DNA of 64,000 bases from Marsupella aquatica. Lineage: Eukaryota > Plantae > Marchantiophyta. The position numbers and the translations under genes were made by a program. The stretch covers positions 10,483,660 to 10,547,659 of the forward strand of contig OZ316893.1 in assembly GCA_973895155.1 (NCBI GenBank), given 5' to 3'. The notes under the pieces were generated by a model that was not told the DNA's origin, ran no database searches, and saw only the letters and a program-made list of their open reading frames with translations. Position 1 is the first letter of the stretch. Each line of letters begins with the position of its first letter. This document shows, in pieces, positions 22,586 to 35,284 of the stretch.

Positions 22586-24797
22586 TAGGGTTTTATCAGG
22601 GTATGAGAACCTGTCCAGCCTGTGGACGCAGGCCATGTGACACAATATTCAGCCATGATTTGATGTGCGTTCAGCTAAAACGAGGGGCAACAGGAATATT
22701 TATTAGAAATATAATGAAATATAGGACAAGAATATTGAGCATATGGGTATTCAGAAATTTATAAGGGGGGCGGAAGATTGGTTAGAAAAAGTAAGGCGTG
22801 TACTAAGAAATCAGAGATAGAAGTAGAAAGAAACTTCAGAGGAAAGAAAGGGTGGTTATTGAATCTGAAGGGCTGTAATCGAACTAAAATCCACAAATCA
22901 GTAACTGCCAGTCTGGCAGATTTCAAATCTAACTACTGCTAGGAGGATAGAAAGGGTGGTTGCTGAACCTAAAGGGGTGTGATGAATTAAAATCTACAAT
23001 GTAGTATCCGCCAGTCAGGCTGATTCCAAATGTGGTTAGGGCCAGTAAAATTCAGTGAGTGGATAGCAAAGTTGCAGGTTTACATGAGTTTGCCAACACA
23101 ATCTTGCTAGTAGACTGAAAGTTTGACTTCTTTTTCCTAGCCAACAAAATCTTCCTGATAGACTGAAAGTTAGACAACTTATTTTCTTAGCGAGAGGGGA
23201 AAAAAGGCAATAAGTTAAATCAAGACTGAAAGTAAGGTCGTCGACCTTGTTCTAATAGGGGCAAGCGTATGTTGTCTGCAAGTTAGAATAATACCTTTCC
23301 TTCAGTGAAAAATCTAAGATATTTAATCTCAATATCCCAAAAATCTCCGCCCAGAACAAACAGGACGAGCCACATGCTGGAAGTTGGATATGATTGCTAT
23401 CTTTGGATTGAGTAAATAGAGGTCACACGTGAGGAACACAACTTAAAAGGATGTCGCAGCTCTTTGTCGTAGAACCGAGTTTCTCGTAGTGCTCATTTGA
23501 AAAACGAACCTCCAGTGCAAAACCAGACAAAGAGAACTGCAAAGGCTGCGTTGGACTTTTCACGCACTTTGAAAGCAACAATCATTGAAAAGAATACCAT
23601 GACTAGAGTACAATTGGAAATGAGCGGGTCTTGAAAGATACGAGTTAATCCCCTAAGGTCAATCACGTGTCCAGCAGTTTAATTACTGAAAACCAGTTGG
23701 CCCCCAAAAACATATATGGCTAGCGAAGATGTAGTAGTCCATAAGAAAGACACAAGACACCAATCTAGTCAAAGGTTGTTCTATCTTGGCTGCAAACAGA
23801 CCGGGATAGCTTTTCAGCAATCGACATGGTTGACCCCAAACTCACATTTAAAATTTAGGGCAAACGTAGCAGTCCTCATGACCAGCACTGTGAATATTGA
23901 CAACTTCGGTCCGCTGAGAAGTTCGAAGATATTTCACAGATCCCAAGTCAGGTGCACCTTCTTGGAAAAGCAAGGAACAACCGGTTACTTCTAGCACAGC
24001 TCGCCTTACCTCACATTATAGGTTACTGCAAAGAAAAACTCATCTCATCTGCAAGGATGTACCCCTAAGAAGGTTTTCACCAACAAAACGATACTGACAA
24101 CAACCAGAGCTTATATGACTCTTGAAGGGTACATAGATTTGACTTCTACTAGATCATCAGAGATTTACCGGGATAGTAGTGATATTTTAACAATAGGGAC
24201 TACACAAGATACCCTTCATATCGCTTACCAGATGAGACTCATTTCATAATTAGACGCAGGACTTGCAACATAGTCAGCTCTACAATTCCAGTTAATAGCC
24301 ACCATATATGATTTGCCATCTCAATATTCTCAGTGCCAGAAATTTAAAACTAATGCCTCTCTAGAGGTATGTTCCCATCATACTTCACATTTCAATATCT
24401 CTAATCTCCATCTTGGGCCCTGCAGCATTCACACATCATTGTTAGTCACAACCAATAAACATATCTCTACGTACGAGGCACGAAAGGCACATACAGAATC
24501 CAGAAGTGCCATTAAAATACACACAAGAACAACTCTGCTACAGTCTAGTCTTTTAAGAAGAAAATTCACGACTGAAACGCAAATAATGATTTCCGCACGG
24601 CAATAGCCAATTCACAGTACACAACGAGCATAGAATTTGTGTGAAATTTATGATTGAAGTCTCTAGGTAGCTAACAGCTTACTCCTTGCCTTGACAACAG
24701 AAAAGTTTTGACAAATTGTGACTTTATTCGTCAATGGCTCGAAAGGTTCATTCTTCCCGGGAATAATGACACGCAATTGAAAAATGATGAGGTATAC

Positions 24798-27241
24798 CTT
24801 TTCACATGTTCAAGTATGAGAAGCCTAGGACCTGGTGGAATTCGTACTTCGCTAAGGGCACTGCACGACATCCAGCAAACCCCACCCAGCCTCCGATATT
24901 AGAAGCATTACAGAGAAGCAAACTCACGATCCAAAACTGTTAATTGCCAATAAATTAATGTTCACGAGAAAGTACTTGATCATCAAGAACGGCGACAAGA
25001 ACCGTTCAAGAACAGAAATCATGCTTAAATGCTATAGACGTAATGTGTTGCGAGACAAATAAATGGAAGCACTCCTTAACAAAACCCAGGCCAACCGACG
25101 AATGATTACCTGTCGTTAAGGAGGGGTAGAGTAGTGTCTGTAAGCAATCCTTTTTTGAAGTTCTTCTCATATTTTTGAAGGCCGAGAGTGTTAAGCATTC
25201 TCTTGCTCTGTGAATATAACACGTCCTCGGCAGGAGGCTGAGAGAAAGTTGTGCCCAGCTGTAGACAATGACAGACTCATGAAAAGCTACCCACAAAACT
25301 CGCCCAAATGAGCTGGATAACATGTCGAACCTGATTCCACATCTCAAATTACAAGATAATGTGATTCCCTGTCCACTCCAACAGCTTCTGACCGAAAGCG
25401 CAAACATCTAAACATACCTTGTAGATACCACCTTGCAAAAGTGCAAAAAATACACCTGTTGCAAGAGCATTTCCAGCCACATTCGGACCACCAATTCCAC
25501 TCACAACAGAGAAAATGGCACCTGATCCAAACGCAGCAACCATACTGCACACAGCAAAATCCAGCATCGACTTATTTTTAAAAGCTCAGTCACTAAACAT
25601 CTCACGCCATAAAAAGACAATTATGATAAATCGAAACAGGGTCAATGACTAATATACAAGAAAAGAACAACATCCATTTCCTTGACGTTTAGGCCCAATA
25701 TCTCCTTGAAACAGAAGCTGCCTTTCACTAGGACATTTCCGAATTGAAACTACTAGGTCGGCGACATCTGTACCCGGAAAGCAACCAGAACACACATTGA
25801 GATCATGACGTTGATCGTGTGTATCCCATATTTAACATCACAAAAACGAACAAAACCTTAAACCTGTGGTATCCATTGGACAAGAGTCTGCAGTTCTCAC
25901 GGTCCCTCGCATATCCAGAAAGAGGATCTCAAAGAAGAAATATTCCTACTAACAAATTGTGCATGAGAAATATGCAAGTTTTTCACATTGCGATTCCATT
26001 CGGTGTATTCAAGAACTGTGTAAAGTAACCAGCTCACCTCGTTTGGACATCTTCAACACCACCTCGAAATCGCTTCATGGCACAGGTTATGCCGGCATTG
26101 ACGCCCGTCATCACAGCAAAGTTCCGAGCTTGCATCATCGGCCCTCCTGTCAACGCCTGCAACCAAAAGTAAGATCAGCCGTAATGGTAGAGCCGAGAAG
26201 TGCGTGATGCATAATCGCTCCCTAGGAAAGTAGACGGTCCTGCACAAAGGTTAAACTTATAGATGCAAAACCCTACGTAGGGTTTTATCACAAAATTTCG
26301 ATATGTGCCGTATTCCAATAAATTGATGATACAGGAAACGACTAGAAAGATCTTCTCAAAAGTTCTGAATCAAAAAGGCGTCTGGCTACGGTAGCTTGAG
26401 GATAACATAAGATATTCGATAGTTTACGACCTCCAGTTTCGACAGCCCCAAAAGCTACAACAGTTTGACATCACTACCGGTTCTCTGCCCAAGAAATCAG
26501 GAAGAGGACTGAACTGTCATCTCTTCTCGGGCTTCTTGACTAAGGACAATCCATACCCTTTGTAGACATGTGAAGGATTATAATAGGGAAGCATTGATCC
26601 CCAATACGAAATTCGTCCAATTTCAATTAATGTGAGATCAAACTGTGACTGTCCCATGAGGCACCTTCAAATGCTGACGCGCTCTGAACACCAACTTGTC
26701 CCTTAGTGCAATTTCCGCAAACGATTTGTGGGACTCGCATCGCATCGACACAGACAGCACAGTCATCTACACGGATGATTTGTTCCCACACGACTCCAGT
26801 TCGCGCCGAAATGAAAAAGAATCCGATGAAGATCAAGAAACCCTAAATTTGTCACCAGAAAACACGCAGAAAGGGTTTACATGCATGCAGGCCATTGAGA
26901 ATTAAGACAGGAAATTAATGTGAAGACTTGGACGGACAGAGTAGACAATTCTGATATGGTACCTTAGCTTGTTGTATCGAAGCCGCTGCTTGTGGATTCA
27001 AATTGCCAGTACTAGCCGGCAAACCCTGAGCCATATCCTGCGTGAAGGATCCCATCAGAGCACCGATAGCGCCACCCTGAAAGGCACTACCTGCCGTCAC
27101 CATCGCGACCTCCACAGCCGCAGGCTGTTTCTTCAGCCATTTCTTCACTTTCACATCCAGCTCCTCGAGCTTTGCCTTCGCTTGCGTGAGAGGGTTCCCA
27201 CTCACCATCCCCGCACTCTTCGTCTGCTGCGTCGCACTCAT
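24798..27241 (-). CDS. HP30: HP30/TRIC-type organellar import protein (PRAT Tim17/22/23 domain plus C-terminal SAM domain)
   Basis: Exons 27241-26963, 26156-26038, 25544-25418, 25258-25110 and 24860-24798, all GT-AG and in phase. Peptides: FQGGAIGALMG, GGPMMQARNFAVMTGVNAGITCAMKR, MVAAFGSGAIFS, LGLQKYEKNFKKGLLTDTTLPLLNDSALSEVRIPPGPRLLILEHVK. The last short exon and stop are not placed (possibly near 24045). Confidence 0.9.
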
Positions 27242-29883
27242 TGCGCTCTTTCGCTCTTCTCCTGTCGTCGGAATGGATATCAAAAGCTGGGGCTGTTTGT
27301 TCTCCTCCTCCACCTCCGCAATCAAAAGCTCGCGCCTCTCCTTTCTTTGCCAATTTCTCGCTTCTCAATCGGATCCCCTATATCACCACCGAAGGTCTTC
27401 TGCGCTCCGCCATGGCGTGGATGGGGAGGTTTGCTCGTCGTCCAAGGAGAGCTCTCTCATTCTCATTACGTTCACTAGCACCGACTGTCCTGTCATGTCA
27501 TGTGGTAAATCCTGTCAGGAGACGAGGTTACCGGTGTATAACCATTTCTACAGGGGTCTCCTATAATCATAATCTGGTGTCCTGAAAAGTTGAGCCTCTA
27601 ACCTCTTTCCGGGCAGGAGTTAAGTACGCTAATGCAGGGCAGGGTTGGGGTTATAGGCTGTAACCTGCTCCCGAAATATTCAAAGAAGCTTCCCGGCTGC
27701 CGCCGGTCAGTTTCTTTTCATATTCCGGATGCAGGGTTACAGCCTAGTAACCCTGCGCCTAGACCTGCATTACCCTATACATGTCATGTCATTTCAAGTG
27801 TTCGCGTACTGTACAGTAAGCCTTACCGTTAGCCTCCTTTGGGCATGTAGGGCATTACAGTACTGTAATAGACGGACGGCTCATGGCTGGTCTAATTAAT
27901 AGGTACATAGGCCCTATTACAGGCCGGCATTAATGAGACTGCCCGGCTTTAATTAACCCAGCGCTTTGATAATCTACAAACCCTTGTTTAATTAACCCAG
28001 TGCTTTGATAATGATTTCAAAGTTTCTTTTGTCCACCATCGAATAAGCCAGCTCAAGACTTCAAAATGAATGAATGATAGGGATTTTGTGCCATGACAAA
28101 TATGTTTTGGTTCTTGTATTCTTGTTATTTTTTCAAGAGATTGGTGATTTGGGATGATGATTTTGTGTCATTTAGCATTCTCTTGCACTATGACAAATGA
28201 TGAACAGTTTACATTTGAGGTGAATATTGGAGGAACCCTTGCATAATTTGGAAAATGTGTATGTGTAATTGGTACTTTCTATTGTGTTATGATCCTACAA
28301 CAATGTTTATGTATTCAATGAACTATCTGTTATGTAACAAGTTGCAACATTCTCTTGTATGTTGATAATAGAACACATAATACTACATGCTTTATGTATT
28401 CTTTAAACTTTGTTTCATGTAACACTTCTAAACATTTGTTTCTTTCATGAGAATACATATGTTGGAAGATAACATGGTTCACAACTTGGGGAAAGTTATA
28501 GACCTGTTTTGTCACCAATGCAGGAAAATACTTGATGGGGCCCCTCTAATGAAAGATATTCCTGACTAGCCCCCAACTTTTCAAATATACTTAATGGGGC
28601 CCCTTGTCCGTGCAACCCTTTCTCTCGACCTGTCATACTTAGTTTTCCCATTTTTTAATTGTAATGTACTATACTTTATACGTCAGTCCACAAGATGTAC
28701 TGTCTAGAAGCAATTCAATGTACTTTTTTTTGGAAATACTTATAGAATTTATGTACTAAGTATTTAGCACTTCTTACTCACATATTCTCTGCCCATATTC
28801 ACTTGTTTCATGTTTTGAAATATTTCTACAATGGAAGTAGTCCTTAAGGCACGTACGTTTTGCTCTTTTTGGTTCTTTCTCTCAATTGTTTGGAATTATT
28901 CATAACTCAAAGCATTTCTCCAAAGCTTGGAATTATTCATAACTGAAAGCATTTCTCCAAAGCATAGTTTCACCTGAACTTTAGGAAGGTGAACCAATGG
29001 ATTTGGGTGCTATCCGGGTGGTGACATTTCGTATAACTTATTTTTTGCAAATGACTCATGTGGTACTTAGACAATTCTTTGATACTATTTTTCCAAAACA
29101 TGTTTGGAAATATTCACCTTAGACGGGAGCATTTCCTTGGTGTCATTTTTGTGATTTTTTAAAGATGTGAGCACCTAGGTAGAGTATATCAGGCAATTTA
29201 TGCAATGTCACTTAAACAACAATTTTATTCTTTAGTTTAGTACACAAGGCATTGATTGAATTCAGAAGGCATCAATTGAATTCATAAAAATGAGCATATA
29301 GAATGCCCATAGTAACAAGTGTTAAAGCTTTTAGATGACCTTATAATTTTGAGCTCAATGTTGGTGCAACAACTACAAAATTACCTATCAAAATCATATC
29401 GCAATTCACATCTCTATGCTTACTCAAAGTGACACCAAAGTCTGCAAAGTTCAATTTTTGTAAGAGTAACTATGTCAATCACGACTTTGTCTGTGTTTCA
29501 TTTTTCAGGTTTGATTGAAGGATTTGCAACAACTTGTGAAGTCACATTTTTGCTTAGGGTTTACTGCAAATTTTGAGGTGACCTGCAGGGACTGATTGTT
29601 GCAATGTGATTTCACTGCACGAAAACTTTAATTTCTTGAAGCAATGGACAACAGTATGGATGCTCGGCCTGAGTGGGCATGGACAGTAGAAGAATTTGAT
29701 GTGGATATCCTATTGCAGACAATCCTTGTTGTAAAGACCCCATGCCATCAGCACCTGGATACAACCGGGGACAGAAGCTTCCCATGAAGAAGAGGAAGGA
29801 TAATCCAATGCATGGGAAAAGCAGAATGATGCAGCAAGTGTGGAAAGCAAGGTCACAACAAAAGAACATGTGGGGTAGGTATC

Positions 29884-30429
29884 TTGAATGTTGTGGAGGC
29901 AACTGCTGAAGATGGGCCAGTAGTTGAGGGCAAGGGGACCGAGTCAGAAGAATTGACCGACAAAGCAGATCATTGGAGAGACATAGATTTAAGTGATCAC
30001 TATGCTCAAGCACAAGATGTTGCTTTTCCTGAAGGTCAAGATTATCCTGAGTATGAGCCAAGCAGTGATGATGAGTCAAATGTGTCATACCATAGGTTTG
30101 GAGATGTTGATTCCCAAAATTCATGTGAACCTCACTGGATGACGGACAACTTGAATGATTTTACTAACGCATCGCAAGTGCAACGTTTTCTTGAATTGGC
30201 AAACGAGGGTGCAGCCAATGTGTTGGCCACACAAGAAGAATCACAACAAAGTACAATCTCGACTATGCTTCACCTTTCACAGGTGATTAGACATTTCATT
30301 CACTACGTTGGATTTATGAATCCCAGGTATGAGGGTATGTATCTCTTTGATAGTACCCTTTGGACTAAAGTGTTGGTTGATTGTGATGGTTTTGCAGAAC
30401 AGAATTACTTAGGCAAGATTCAGGAGTGA
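29884..30429 (+). other. Acidic 181-codon ORF or gene remnant in the spacer of the foldback element
   Basis: Open frame with exon-like composition and nearby splice-like signals (TTTCAG|G at ~29508, CAG|GTGAT at ~30282). No recognisable domain. Confidence 0.35.
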
Positions 30430-31128
30430 AGCTGCATGCTGAACTTGTCAATGTCTTCATAGTTTTTACAGATTGGACTGGTGGTCAAAGGGTGTGACAT
30501 GCAAAGTGAATTTGTTTAGTGTCACTTTGAGTAAGCATAGAGACTTGAATTGCGATATGATTTTGATTGCGATATGATTTTGATAGGTAATTTTGTAGTT
30601 GTTGCATCAACATTGAGCCAAAATCATAAGGTCATATAAAAGCTTTAAGACTTGTTACTATGTGCATTCTATAAGATCATTTACATGAATTCAATTGATG
30701 CCTTGTTAATTCAATCAATGCCTTGTGTACTAAGCTAAAGAATAAAATTGTTGTTTAAGTGACATTGCATAATATTGCCTGATATACTCTACCTAGGTGC
30801 TCACATCTTTAAAAAATCACAAAAATGACACCAAGGAAATGCTCCCGTCTAAGGTGGATATTTCCAAACATGTTTTGGAAAAATAGTATCAAAGAATTGT
30901 CTAAGTACCACATGAGTCATTTGCAAAAAACAACTTATAAAAGATGTCGCCACCCAGATAGCACCCAAATCCATTGGTTCACCTTCCTAAAGTTCAGGTG
31001 AAACTATGCTTTGGAGAAAGGCTTTCAATTATGAATAATTCCAAACAATTGAGAGAAAGAACCAAAAAGAGCAAAACTTAGTGCCTTAAGGACTACTTCC
31101 CTTGTATTAATATTTCACAACATGAAAT

Positions 31129-32554
31129 TGTTGGGTATTTACTCTTACGTCTTGGTTAGGTATGACGTGGTTGGTACAACAATGTGCGTTGGTACAACTA
31201 CGTGGTTAGGTATAACTACGTGATTATGTACAACTATGTGGTTAGGTACAACTACGTGGTTAGGTACAACTAAGTTACACACTATATCATAAGAGGCATG
31301 TGTGCTTGAAGAGGTAGAACCAAGGCTCATTGTTATGGAGCCACTTGAGAGATAGGGAGAGCTTACACTGTGGAGACTCGGTATAGCCGACGGGCTTAGA
31401 GTTCAGTAAAGCTCTCTTGTGTGTTCCCGTGGACGTAGCCTCAAGGAGGTGAACCACGTATCTCTTGTGTCGACTATTGTGCGTTGGATGGTTCATGGGC
31501 TTGCCGTTGCGATCGTCGTCTATGCTCAACAATTGGTATCAGAGCATGCTTGGGAGGTGACGTGTGTTCGTGACGGGATTTCATGACGGTTTTTCCAGCG
31601 TTGAGTGTCGGTGGATTTCCCAGAGTTCTGTCGCATGGAACTTGGAGTTTATTGGCTCAATGGATAGATCAGGGCAAGAGCTTTCTAACGGTGTGAAGAA
31701 ATCGCTAAACGGAGCTCGTGGTGCAGAGAGATCTAAGTTTTTGTCATTCTGGATTTTGTGAAGAAAGTTGGCAATCCACTCGGAGGGAGAAGCGTCAAGT
31801 GTTTTGACTCAACGGAGAGATTGAGGCAAGACGATTGTTTTGAGTCCGGGATTGGCTCTTTGATGCAAAGAGGAAGGCTAAGCAAAATCAATTACCTTGT
31901 TGGACTTGGTGACGGCACCAAGTGCAATTGATCAACATTCGTTGTTGACAAGGTACCATTTTTTTTCTCTTTGAAAAACTGATTCGAAATTGGCTATGGC
32001 AATTGAGAGAAATCTGTCATCTTTACCAATTTTTTTCTCCCTCGTTCTTTCCTCGTTTTGGGTGCTTCTTATATCGATCTTCACCGCCTCGGAGTCTAGT
32101 TTCCAAATCTGAAATCAGATCTTGATTTCGTCAAAACCCGAGTGAGATATCTTGCGTTTGGTGTCGAGGGGTATATTCTGCCGTGTGTATTTTGTGCGCG
32201 CGCGACCAGATTTCGACGACGAAGGGTGGTAGGGGGTTTTGGGTTAGGTAACATTCAAGATGGGTTAGGTACAACTACGTGGTTAGGTACAACTAAGTTG
32301 CACACTATATCATAAGAGGCATGTGTGCTTGGAGAGGTAGAACCAAGGCTCATTGTTATGGAGCCACTTGAGAGATACGGAGAGCTTACATTGTGGAGAT
32401 TCGGTATAGTCGACGGGCTTAGAGTTCAGTAAAGCTCTCTTGTGTGTTCCCGTGGACGTAACCTCAAGGACGTGAACCACGTATCTCTTGTGTCGACTAT
32501 TGTGCGTTGGATGGTTCATGGGCTTGCTGTTGCGATCGTCGTCTATGCTCAACA
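31129..32554 (+). mobile_element. Miniature non-coding LTR retroelement (TRIM-like or deleted Copia)
   Basis: 5' LTR TGTTGGG..CTCAACA at 31129-31531 with internal ~18-bp repeats GGTTAGGTACAACTACGT. PBS TGGTATCAGAGC (tRNA-iMet type) at ~31534. Purine tract near 32221-32236. 3' LTR ends CTCAACA at 32554. TSD GAAAT/GAAAC has one mismatch. Confidence 0.88.
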
Positions 32555-33229
32555 GAAACAAGTGAATATGGGCAGCGAATATGTGAGTAAGAAGTGCTAA
32601 ATACTTAGTACATAAATTCTATAAGTATTTCCAAATAAAAGTACATTGAATTGCTTCTAGACAGTACATCTTGTGGACTGACTTATAAAGTATAGTACAT
32701 TACAATTAAAAATGGAAAAACTAAATATGACAGGTCCAGAGAAAGGGTTGCAGGGACAAGGGGCCCCATTAAGTATATTTGAAAAGTTGGGGGCTCCTCA
32801 GGAATATCTTTCATTAGAGGGGCCCCATCAAGTATTTTCCTGGTCACCAATGTGTTCTCGATAATAAATATGAACTGATCAATACACCTATGTATGTGTG
32901 TATTGTTGTTGGATTTAGTAAAAAATATCCAATATTGCTTGATTTTTTGTTCTCTTTGAAGACTACACGCTTGCATGATCTGTTTCAAAAGTGAACAGAG
33001 TAGACAAGAATGCACAAACCATGATTGGATGATATACATGCCGCACAATGTATTCATTACTCAGGGTGCAAAAATTGTATGCATGACTCCGCAGACTACA
33101 AATGGACAAAAGCATTTTTACCTTGTATACATGGTGGACATTGCATTCCAAGGTCGCACTTAAACAAAGTTATGACTCCCCTGTCGGGCTCCCCTGCCTT
33201 ACATACAGCCACCAAGGTGGCTCTAATGG

Positions 33230-33600
33230 ACAAAACCAAATAATGTTGAACATAGAATGATGTGTGTCTTGTATACAATATCCACGTTGTATTCAGATCT
33301 CACAATTAGAAAAAAAATTCATTTCCTCCAACTTTACAAAGACGCCCCCCGCCGAAGCCTACCCAAATGGATAAAACCTACAACATTCAAAATAGAATAT
33401 AGTATGATTTGTGATGTATACACTTTGCACGTTGTATTCAGATTTTGTACTTACAGAAAACTTCATTTCCTCCGACTTTACAAAGACACCCTCCCCCCCT
33501 ACCCGCCGAAGCCTGCCCAAATGGACAAAACCTACAATATTCAACATAGAAGTATGATTTGTGATGTATAGATGTTGCATGTTGTATTCATATTTCACAC
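33230..33600 (+). repeat. Second copy of the MULE ~140-155-bp tandem array
   Basis: Core CCGCCGAAGCCTRCCCAAATGGAYAAAACCTA at ~33348 and ~33503, with a partial unit at ~33225. Confidence 0.85.
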
Positions 33601-33879
33601 TTAGAAACTTTTAGTTTGTTTGACAATGCATATGGTTGATGTTTGTATGCATTGTGGTCAATGTACACATTGATTCACTTGGAACTGCGATCATAGTTGA
33701 CCTCATTTGGCAACACGGTCAAAAATTGAAGAATAGTAGAACATGTTGCGTTTTACAGTGACAATCTCGCATTATAAAAACTACACAATGAGTTAAAAGA
33801 ACATCTCACACGAAATGGTACCTCTGGTAGGCCCGGAGGTCCATTGGGGGACAGTGTGTAACTTTTGGTCTATTAAGAG

Positions 33880-35284
33880 TGATGAACCTTGCCACCTAGC
33901 GCCCTCACCAATCCCAACACCCATGCCTAAGTGCCCTTGGTGCCCAAACCCCTCCATGGAACTCCTTGAGCAAGCAACTTAATGCCCTTTGCACCACCAC
34001 CAGCCCTGCCAGTAGCAACTCCCATACAAAGCGCACTTGCCCTCTAACATGACCATCGCTCAACGATCCTCACATTATGTACTATAAACAACCAAGTACC
34101 CCCGTAAGTAACCCAGCAGGATCTAGATCTCCCCTAATCTAGCATCCTAACTCTAGCTCAACAGACATTGGTAAGTAGGTCAACAATAGGTCCTCCCTTT
34201 GCCATCAGGTGGAACTAGAGCCGACACCCACTGTTCGTCCAGAATAGCCCCTCTTCGGGTGCAGCCCGGGTTCCCCCTTGTACCTATCCATCATCAAATG
34301 ACCGCCCTCCATCACCAACTGATCGCTCTGCCCCCAGGACATGTTCATGGCCCAAATAGCGTAGCTTGTCATAAAGCTTCTCCCGGGGCTTGTCCCAACA
34401 CGTCGGGACCATAATAGTCCCAACTCTAATAACCAACTCTCGATTCTCCCCCCATTGATAGCCTAGGGGCCAAGTGCACTTGGAACTCAACCTCCACGCC
34501 TACTTGGCCTTGTCTCCCCAACGCAAGATCCCTTGAGAGACTGAACGCGGTTTGGCTGCTATTTTGGCAGGATTCGACAAGTGGGTGAGATAGCCCCCAC
34601 AAACCCCAAGAATCCATTGCACACCTAGACTCAGTTGAGCTTTCCAACGCACCCAAGAAGTCATCCAACGGACTTCCCGTTGGGAAGTTATTGTCGTTTC
34701 CATTTGGCATTTTCCCGTAGTGTTGCGACCACTGCGGCTCACGACTTCGGCTCGTCCTTAGCCCCCAGGGAGACACCACTCCCCTCATATATGCTTTTGG
34801 AGACCTGCCACCGCCAGACCTACTTTGGTCCCCCACCTGGACCCCAACCCGCATGTCTAGGCATGCCACCAATTGGCTATGCCCATAACTTTCTAGTTAG
34901 ACGTCTGTAGGCAGAGTGCCTTAGCTTGTTGTGATTGGGCCGACCCAGTGCTCATGCCTAGGCCCTCAGAACCCATTATTGCCCAGGGCTCCTGAGCGGC
35001 CAAACCTAGGTCGGGCCGTAACTCGTGCCCCAAGCGTTCGGTGTGCATGAAGTAAACTCCATTAGCCTTGGGCCCAAGAGGAGCTCTCACTCACGCCATC
35101 ATAACTCGTCGTCTGTCCGGTCCCATTATCCGATCAGTCCTCAGCTAGTCTAAGTCATTAGTGTGTGTCACCAGCTTAACGTCTTGCCTTCGCCAGTGTC
35201 ACGCCCCATTGCCCACAAGTCTCCCATGCTAAGTCCTCCCCGGATAGCCGTTCCGGGCTTAGACCATAGGGGAGCTCGGCATCA
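33880..35284. mobile_element. GC-rich ~1.4-kb insertion inside the MULE right TIR, possibly a solo LTR
   Basis: Interrupts the TIR between ATTAAGAG and AAAGTTGCATTTGG. Bounded by TGATG...CATCA. No matching TSD, and ~55 unexplained bases follow. Confidence 0.45.

Larger units (their letters stand above)
28521..32842. mobile_element. Foldback/Mutator-type element with ~915-bp terminal inverted repeats
   Basis: Ends CAGGAAAATACTTGATGGGGCCCC and GGGGCCCCATCAAGTATTTTCCTG. 10-bp TSD GTCACCAATG at 28511-28520 and 32843-32852. Arms are 28521-~29435 and ~30515-32842, the right arm interrupted by an LTR element. The empty site is visible at ~14085-14123. Confidence 0.93.

Noticed and set aside
26915-27585. 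Several overlapping long ORFs around HP30 exon 1
   Set aside because: Antisense or alternate-frame shadows of a GC-rich exon and UTR.
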